DNA from: Hydrurus foetidus
Lineage: Eukaryota
Direction: 5' to 3'
Length of the DNA: 63,006 nt
NCBI GenBank assembly: GCA_900617105.1
Contig: UYFQ01000704.1
Location: 1 to 63,006, forward strand
Every line of letters begins with the position of its first letter. Position 1 is the stretch's first letter. The position numbers and the translations under genes are program-made. The notes under the pieces are model-generated. The model had not been told where the DNA came from. It was given only the letters and a program-made list of their open reading frames with translations, and searched no databases. Below are positions 54,011 through 63,006 of the stretch, in pieces.

Positions 54011-56831
54011 TGTACGACCACGTGCATCAAGCCACAGGCCACCCCGGTCTTCCAGGCATGGCATGGCACCGCGATCATTCCCTCAATGCTCGCTTCACCA
54101 CCAAAGATGCACACACCACCCGTCCGGTCTGTCCTGGATGCGCCCATGGCGCAATGCGTCAAGCATCCACAGACTATCGTCGCATTCACAGAGACACCAC
54201 TACCCTCGTCGGCCAGCAGTTCTCCTTGGATGCCTATACCCACTCAACTCCATCATTCCGTAACTACCGTTACACTCACATCCTCACCGACCTCGCGTCG
54301 GGACAATACTATCCTGTATATACAAAAGACCGGTCCGCCTCTGAACTCTGTGCCCGCATTGCAGCCTTCTTCGACCTAACCCCCCAATGGAACCACAATA
54401 CCCCTGGGGTTGATCGCTTCATCCGGCATGACCCAGAGGCCAACTACCGATCTGAAGAATTTACTGCGCTATGCGCCCGATACCGATACCGACTTGAGCA
54501 CACGGCACCTCGTGACAAACATGCCAACGGCATCGCTGAGCGAGCAGTCGGCATTGTAGCTCTCAAGACCAACGTTGCCATGATCACCCCTGTTCCGCAT
54601 GTGCCAATGAAGTTCTGGGACCTTGCAATGTCCTATGCATGTGTTACTCATTCCTTTAACCTTAACAAGCGTATTGGTACTTCTCCGTATCACTTCACTT
54701 CTGGGCAACACGTGGACATCAGGATGCTTCGACCATTCTGGGCACCCTGCTATGTCAAGCACGCACCCAAAGATCAGAAAAGTAAAGTTGGGTCACCTCG
54801 TGCCTACCGCGCTCGGTTCGTTGGTTATAGTTTTACATCTATACTAGTACCACAATATTTAGTATTAGAAATACTACCCAAGAACACCTACGGTACTGTT
54901 CGAGTCAGTAAGGATGTCATCTTCGACATGCACAACAACTTCAAGCATGACTCAGATGCACACTTCCCTACCGACGAGGCCTTCGCCCTCATCCCGTCCC
55001 TCTACTATACTGATAATGATAATGACCCTATTGTGGTGCCTGAGCGAGTCGACCTACCCGGCCTCCCCTCACCTGCACCCCTTATCGACCCCGACTATAT
55101 AACCCCTGTCCTGAGACAGAGCACTCAGTCAACGATGACATGATATACTGGTCCACCTACACCAGTTCTTCCACATGCTTCCCTGTTCACCTCTTCCGTG
55201 TCCTGCACTACAACATAGCAGTCCAAATCAAGGATCCCTACATCCCCAAAGACTTCTGGACCGCAATGCAGTACCCAGAGTGGGAACAGGCCATCAACAC
55301 TGAGCGCACAAAGTTTGAAGTCAACAACTGCTTCCGGTCTGTCCCTTTCACCGGCCAGCACCTCGTACCAATGATGTGGCTCTTCAGTATCAAGACTGAC
55401 GGCACTAAGAAGGCCCGCCTCGTAGGTCGTGGTGATCTCATGATACCCTGGGTCGACTTCGACCCCTACGCAGTATACTGCGGTAATGTCAATGCGTCAT
55501 CGATCAAGATTGCACTCGTCATAGCCGCAACCTACAAATTATCCATGCGGGGAGGAGATTTAGTAGGCGCCTACTTAATCACACTCGCTAACCCCGACTT
55601 TCCCGTTCACATCAAGACACCTCAAGGTTACACCACACCTTTTGGCACATGCTTTCAAGCCATTGGCAACCTCTACGGTTTTCCACCAGCTGGCCAGAAT
55701 TTCTCAAAGGAATTCGACAAATGTGTACGCGAATGTGGATACGAAAACACACCGTGGGACTTAAAGTTCTTCTTTAAGTGGGTCCAAGGTCAACCCCTGA
55801 TACTGATAGCACACTCAGACGACTTCAGATGGTTCGGACCACTTGCACTCATTAGCGAATGGGATCTCCTCATCGCTACATTCAACTCCCACAAGTATGA
55901 AGTCACCGACGCGACCTCCAAAGAGTTCGTCGGCATCCGCATTACATGCGATGAACACTTCAACTACTACATGGATCAGTCACGCATGATCACATCCATC
56001 GTATCGGAGGCCAACCTTGCTGGCGCCGCCGATGAGCATCTACCATATCCACCTTCTGGTGAGAGTCTGTCCAAGGCGGACAACTCTACCGATCTCGATA
56101 GGCACATGTATAATAAGTATCCCTACCGACGGGTAGTTGGTCAACTTATGTACGGAATGGTACACACATTGATTACAATCATGTACGCGCTCAACATACT
56201 ATCCAGATATAGTAACAGTCCAGGTGCACGACACATCAAGTTCCTTAAACACCTACTTCGATATGTCAAATACGCCAAGATGGATAGACTGAAATTCACC
56301 ACACACGACGGTCCCACCGACATCGCTACGATGACCAGTCTACTGCAGTTGAAGTTCCAATGCGACGCCGACCTCGCCGGTAACAAAGACAACCGTCACT
56401 CCCAGACCTCCTACATTGGCTACCTCGCCGACAATGTCATCTGCTGGAAGAGTACCGACCAAGGCAGCATCTCATCATCAACTGCAGAATCCGAAATCAA
56501 GGCAGTTAATCACGCACTAAAATCCGATGTCATTCCCCTCCGGGGCATACTAAACCACATGGGATGGACACAAGCTCCTACAGTCATCGAAGAAGACAAT
56601 TCTGCTTGTGTTGATGCTTCAAATCATACACACATGACCAAGAACCTTCGTCACATTGACCTGAGCGAAAACTACTTTAAGGACAAAGTCGCCGATGGTA
56701 CCTGTGTCATTGTTAAAATCCCTTCGGGCGAAAACAACTCAGACATAGGTACGAAAAGAGTTCCACTACCACTTTTCGAATACCTAACGCACAGGCTCGT
56801 TGACAAGTCTTTACGAAATAATATTAAATAA
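54010..56831 (+). CDS. pol: Copia integrase-RT-RNase H (copy A; one frameshift near 55110)
   Basis: HHCC (HQATGH..CPGC); DDE (SLDAY, HDPEANY, NGIAER); RT KARLVGRG, DLVGAYL, LYGFPPAG, HSDD; RH CDADLAG, STAESE, EDN, SDIGTK. Confidence 0.93.
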
Positions 56832-57546
56832 CATAAATACTTAATATCCATATTTCTAACATACGTACTAATTTTACTATCTTATATGAGTGCACGCATA
56901 TATTATAACTAACTTTTTACACTTTTTGCCAAATCTCTCGTACGGGGAGTACATCCTCAGTACGGGGAGTATATATACACATATCATTCATTTCGATACT
57001 CTCAATAACACGTTCAGCTACATCTTCACTACGGGGAGTGTCAGTCCAGCATATTCATGCATGATCTGTTAGCATAGTTTCATCTGTAGATTAGCATTCA
57101 CATGTCACAAGTAGTGTAGCGCTTCCTCACCCAAAACACCGCCATACACTGTTGTGTACATACGCTCATCGTTCTTCTAGCGATATCCCCCTTCGGGGCC
57201 ATCACCAAGCATCCGGTTTTTCACCACCAAGCATCCGGATTCCCACCAGGTATCCGGTTTCCACCAAGCATCCGATTTCATGAGCAGCGAGGGTTCCGCC
57301 CATTGCTCAATCGCCAACTTGAATATTCGCTGAATATGTTTCCACTTCGGCGATCACCATTTCATGCACAATGGATGCTTTGCTCTGCTTCTTTGATGGT
57401 TGTCTTCTCTGATATCATCGCCAGTTGTTTTACTACTTGATCGTTGTAAGTAAACACGTCTTCCGAGACCACTTCCATCAGCCAGTCTTTCCTTTGCGCT
57501 TCCGCAGCCAACAGGTAGCTCGCTTCACTCCACAGTCTGACTCACA

Positions 57547-59425
57547 TGACGAAGTCACCTCCTCCACTGTCTTCCAGGGTATCTGCCGACAATGCTCCAC
57601 GTATATCCTTCAGTACTACACTGTGGTCCACCACCGCATTCATCAGCAGCCCCTCTCAGCAAATGACTTCATCATCTATGTGAACCGTCCCGCCTTGCCT
57701 GGATCCCCTACACCGGCGCCTCATATATACCTCGCTATTTTCGGCTGGGTATCCCCAACCACCCTCAGCAACTGCCGCGCTGATGTCAGAGACGGATACT
57801 CTCGGTATATGAACCTCATCCACAAGATTGCTCGCAACCTGCTGCTCGCCAACACTGAGCCGCCGACTCCACCCAATCTTGAGTATGACCCAGGGCACTA
57901 CCGCACCTTCAATCCAACCTTGATTGAAGACATCACCACCTATCAGTCCACAGTCGGGAACATTTTCTTTTACTTCCTCGTCCACACTGCTCTGTACCTC
58001 GACGACCAGATCAGTCCAGACCACATGGCGATATTTGAAAGTGTCCTCATCTATGACTGTGCCTCCTGGGTCGCAGCACAGCTTGCCCGATATGCCAATG
58101 CACCCGGCAACTCCTGGCACAACCTTCCCACACTTCGCATACTCATGCTCACGGAAGTTGATGCGCACGTTGACGGTCTTATGACACGAACTGGATCGAA
58201 CGAGTCATTCATCCAAGCTATTCGAGTCGTAATCCAGCATGTCCTACCCGATGCATTTCATGTTACACCCAACAGCCTCTTCGTCGGACCTGATCCTGTT
58301 GAACCCACCGAGTCACACTACCGCACAGTATCTCTCGCCAGGGACCTCGCAGCATCTACAGCCCCACAGAACATACGCCAAAGATACACTTTGCGGAACT
58401 ATGAGAGCGATTCGGAATCCTCTGTCGAAGACTCCATCTGTTTCCTCCCGTACAACATGTCCTGTCCAACACATAACATCAGTGGCCCTCGATGCGCCCT
58501 CTCTTATGTCAACTACCTACATGGAGCCGTCACACGTCACATGGTCCCTCCATCAGACGCATCCCCATGGGTACCACCGGACGCATCCATGGAACTTCAG
58601 CGGTACAACGCCAGGAAGCGCGGCATCGCATTCCAGAAAGACCCGGCTCAAGGGGACACTAAGCGCCAAGACACTACCGCATCCTCTTCCGCCTCACCTT
58701 CTGCATCGATTCCCACTACGCTTCCGGAGTACAATACTCCTCTACCACCTGTTCCATCGACACCCTCTGACCCTCTTACCGGGTCACTCAAACGTTGGCA
58801 AGCCGCGCAACCACTTGCATCCGACTCGCCTTTCACTATGCCTCGTGCCCAGCGCCACCGAATGACTCCACCAGTCGGATCTCAACGCTCGACAAATGTC
58901 CGACATGCCTTCAACAGTACTCGCCCTCCGCTTGCATCAGCTCGCCCTCCTGCACCATCCGGCGGTACCTCCGACTCCAAGCTCAACACATTCGTCGTCA
59001 AGTCCCAACATGAGAGACTCAACTCGTTCCACGTCCCCGACAAGGTCATCTTCGACTCTGGTGCTTCACGCTCTGGCACCGGCCGCTCCCAACGTCTTAC
59101 CAGCATTGAACCTGTCAGCACATCCGTCACAGTCACCCCTGCATTCGGTCCGTCCATGACACCAACACACCAAGGCAGCCTCGGACCGTTGGAGCTTAGC
59201 ACCCTCCTTCTCCCTGCACTAGGCGACAGCACCCTTGTCTCTGTCTCCCAGTTCTGCGCTGGCGGTGTCACCAACGACCACTTCATCGGCATCTTCACTC
59301 ATAAAGACTTCCGCTTCTATGAGACTGCATCAGCCCTTCCCTACATTGCACTGGTAGCTCAGCATGGAAAGGAGGTCACCCGTGGAACCGTCCAAGACGG
59401 CCTCTACGTGGAGACTCCCTACTGA
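57547..59425 (+). CDS. Uncharacterised domain + Copia protease (copy B; 5'-truncated gag-PR ORF)
   Basis: Open frame continuous from within LTR2; protease motif IFDSGASRS and Copia-type LVSVSQF...GTVQDGLY; ends with TGA at 59423-59425, in frame with IN. Confidence 0.8.
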
Positions 59426-62291
59426 CCAACCACTCGGGAGAGTCTTTTGGTCACACACTATACTCCCGCTTCACTGTACGACCACGTGCATCAAGCCACA
59501 GGCCACCCCGGTCTTCCAGGCATGGCATGGCACCGCGATCATTCCCTCAATGCTCGCTTCACCACCAAAGATGCACACACCTCCCGTCCGGTCTGTCCTG
59601 GATGCGCCCATGGCGCAATGCGTCAAGCATCCACAGACTATCGTCGCATTCACAGAGACACCACTACCCTCGTCGGCCAGCAGTTCTCCTTGGATGCCTA
59701 TACCCACTCGACTCCATCATTCCGTAACTACCGTTACACTCACATCCTCACCGACCTCGCGTCGGGACAATACTATCCTGTATATACAAAGACCGGTCCG
59801 CCTCTGAACTCTGTGCCCGCATTGCAGCCTTCTTCGACCTAACCCCCAATGGAACCACAATACCCCTGGGGTTGATCGCTTCATCCGGCATGACCCAGAG
59901 GCCAACTACCGATCTGAAGAATTTACTGCGCTTTGCGCCCGATACCGATACCGACTTGAGCACACTGCACCTCGTGACAAACATGCCAACGGCATCGCTG
60001 AGCGAGCAGTCGGCATTGTAGCTCTCAAGACCAACGTTGCCATGATAACCCCTGTTCCGCATGTGCCAATGAAGTTCTGGGACCTTGCAATGTCCTATGC
60101 ATGTGTTACTCATTCCTTTAACCTTAACAAGCGTATTGGTACTTCTCCGTATCACTTCACTTCTGGGCAACACGTGGACATCAGGATGCTTCGACCATTC
60201 TGGGCACCCTGCTATGTCAAGCACGCACCCAAAGATCAGAAAAGTAAAGTTGGGTCACCTCGTGCCTACCGTGCTCGGTTCGTTGGTTATAGTTTTACAT
60301 CTATACTAGTACCACAATATTTAGTATTAGAAATACTACCCAAGAACACCTACGGTACTGTTCGAGTCAGTAAGGATGTCATCTTCGACATGCACAACAA
60401 CTTCAAGCATGACTCAGATGCACACTTCCCTACCGACGAGGCCTTCGCCCTCATCCCGTCCCTCTACTATACTGATAATAATAATGACCCTATTGTGGTG
60501 CCTGAGCGAGTCGACCTACCCGGCCTCCCCTCACCTGCACCCCTTATCGACCCCGACTATATAACCCCTGTACCTGAGACAGAGCACTCAGTCAACGATG
60601 ACATGATATACTGGTCCACCTACACCAGTTCTTCCACATGCTTCCCTGTTCACCTCTTCCGTGTCCTGCACTACAACATAGCAGTCCAAATCAAGGATCC
60701 CTACATCCCCAAAGACTTCTGGACCGCAATGCAGTACCCAGAGTGGGAACAGGCCATCAACACTGAGCGAACTAAGTTTGAAGTCAACAACTGCTTCCGG
60801 TCTGTCCCTTCACCGGCCAGCACCTCGTACCAATGATGTGGCTCTTCAGTATCAAGACTGACGGCACCAAGAAGGCCCGCCTCGTAGGTCGTGGTGATCT
60901 CATGATACCCTGGGTCGACTTCGACCCCTACGCAGTATACTGCGGTAATGTCAATGCGTCATCGATCAAGATTGCACTCGTCATAGCCGCAACCTACAAA
61001 TTATCCATGCGGGGAGGAGATTTAGTAGGCGCCTACTTAATCACACTCGCTAACCCCGACTTTCCCGTTCACATCAAGACACCTCAAGGTTACACCACAC
61101 CTTTTGGCACATGCTTTCAAGCCATTGGCAACCTCTACGGTTTTCCACCAGCTGGCCAGAATTTCTCAAAGGAATTCGACAAATGTGTACGCGAATGTGG
61201 ATACGAAAACACACCGTGGGACTTAAAGTTCTTCTTTAAGTGGGTCCAAGGTCAACCCCTGATACTGATAGCACACTCAGACGACTTCAGATGGTTCGGA
61301 CCACTTGCACTCATTAGCGAATGGGATCTCCTCATCGCTACATTCAACTCCCACAAGTATGAAGTCACCGACGCGACCTCCAAAGAGTTCGTCGGCATCC
61401 GCATTACATGCGATGAAACTTCAACTACTACATGGATCAGTCACGCATGATCACATCCATCGTATCGGAGGCCAACCTTGCTGGCGCCGCCGATGAGCAT
61501 CTACCATATCCACCTTCTGGTGAGAGTCTGTCCAAGGCGGACAACTCTACCGATCTCGATAGGCACATGTATAATAAGTATCCCTACCGACGGGTAGTTG
61601 GTCAGCTTATGTACGGAATGGTACACACATTGATTACAATCATGTACGCTCTCAACATACTATCAGATATAGTAACAGTCCAGGTGCACGACACATCAAG
61701 TTCCTTAAGCACCTACTTCGATATGTCAAATACGCCAAGATGGATAGACTGAAATTCACCACACACGACGGTCCCACCGACATCGCTACGATGACCAGTC
61801 TACTGCAGTTGAAGTTCCAATGCGACGCCGACCTCGCCGGTAACAAAGACAACCGTCACTCCCAGACCTCCTACATTGGCTACCTCGCCGACAATGTCAT
61901 CTGCTGGAAGAGTACCGACCAAGGCAGCATCTCATCATCAACTGCGGAATCCGAAATCAAGGCAGTTAATCACGCACTAAAATCCGATGTCATTCCCCTC
62001 CGGGGCATACTAAACCACATGGGATGGACACAAGCTCCTACAGTCATCGAAGAAGACAATTCTGCTTGTGTTGATGCTTCAAATCATACACACATGACCA
62101 AGAACCTTCGTCACATTGACCTGAGCGAAAACTACTTTAAGGACAAAGTCGCCGATGGTACCTGTGTCATTGTTAAAATCCCTTCGGGCGAAAACAACTC
62201 AGACATAGGTACGAAAAGAGTTCCACTACCACTTTTCGAATACCTAACGCACAGGCTCGTTGACAAGTCTTTACGAACTAATATTAAATAA
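59426..62291 (+). CDS. pol: Copia integrase-RT-RNase H (copy B; ~4 single-base deletions relative to copy A)
   Basis: Near-identical by eye to 54010-56831, with the same motifs. Confidence 0.9.
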
Positions 62292-63006
62292 CATAAATAC
62301 TTAATATCCATATTTCTAACATACGTACTAATTTTACTATCTTATATGAGTGCACGCATATATTATAACTAACTTTTTACACTTTTTGCCAAATCTCTCG
62401 TACGGGGAGTACATCCTCAGTACGGGGAGTATATATACACATATCATTCATTTCGATACTCTCAATAACACGTTCAGCTACATCTTCACTACGGGGAGTG
62501 TCAGTCCAGCATATTCATGCATGATCTGTTAGCATAGTTTCATCTGTAGATTAGCATTCACATGTCACAAGTAGTGTAGCGCTTCCTCACCCAAAACACC
62601 GCCATACACTGTTGTGTACATACGCTCATCGTTCTTCTAGCGATATCCCCCTTCGGGGCCATCACCAAGCATCCGGTTTTTCACCACCAAGCATCCGGAT
62701 TCCCACCAGGTATCCGGTTTCCACCAAGCATCCGATTTCATGAGCAGCGAGGGTTCCGCCCATTGCTCAATCGCCAACTTGAATATTCGCTGAATATGTT
62801 TCCACTTCGGCGATCACCATTTCATGCACAATGGATGCTTTGCTCTGCTTCTTTGATGGTTGTCTTCTCTGATATCATCGCCAGTTGTTTTACTACTTGA
62901 TCGTTGTAAGTAAACACGTCTTCCGAGACCACTTCCATCAGCCAGTCTTTCCTTTGCGCTTCCGCAGCCAACAGGTAGCTCGCTTCACTCCACAGTCTGA
63001 CTCACA

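Larger units (their letters stand above)
51902..63006 (+). mobile_element. Tandem Ty1/Copia LTR retrotransposon: LTR-internal A-LTR-internal B-LTR
   Basis: Three 508-bp TG..CA LTRs (51902-52409, 57039-57546, 62499-63006); PBS TGGTAGCG at 52410; PPT GGGGAG before LTR2 and LTR3; IN-RT-RH order. Confidence 0.96.

Noticed and set aside
54000..54020. Ty1-like +1 frameshift or splice junction joining gag to IN in copy A
   Set aside because: No recognisable slippery heptamer, no AG before the junction in copy B, and the protease is missing. Better explained as a deletion.
59780..61670. Copia copy B pol as a genuinely decayed pseudogene
   Set aside because: Differences from copy A are mostly isolated 1-bp deletions (and A has one that B lacks). 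Cannot be distinguished from assembly error.

Overview
Eukaryotic nuclear DNA with GT-AG introns and the standard genetic code, from a flagellated protist (stramenopile-like; this is an inference from the dynein and TE families). Four host genes are supported: (1) a 4-exon microbial-rhodopsin-like/histidine kinase/receiver fusion gene (8134-11255,+); (2) a ~18 kb multi-exon axonemal inner-arm dynein heavy chain, DNAH6-like (-), whose introns are rich in microsatellites; (3) splicing factor SF3A3/Prp9 (+); (4) a kinesin with a C-terminal WW domain (-). About half of the window is transposable elements. These are the 3' end of a chromodomain Gypsy element, interrupted by a Gag-protease-only LTR element; a full-length chromodomain Gypsy inserted in the loop of a fold-back MITE that also carries a Tourist MITE; a TA-flanked Tc1/mariner-like element; Helentron-like short elements; and a three-LTR tandem Copia whose two internal regions carry complementary deletions. 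The most notable observations are the 8-TM rhodopsin-kinase with a conserved retinal Lys but an altered pocket, 12-nt palindromes at the PBS position of two different Gypsy elements, candidate stop-codon readthrough sites (gag-UAG-pro; PR-UGA-IN), CCCH zinc fingers in two Gag proteins, and an array of six 51-nt structure-conserving hairpins with variable linkers. All coordinates and alignments were read by eye. Many single-base frameshifts in the TEs look like long-read consensus errors.
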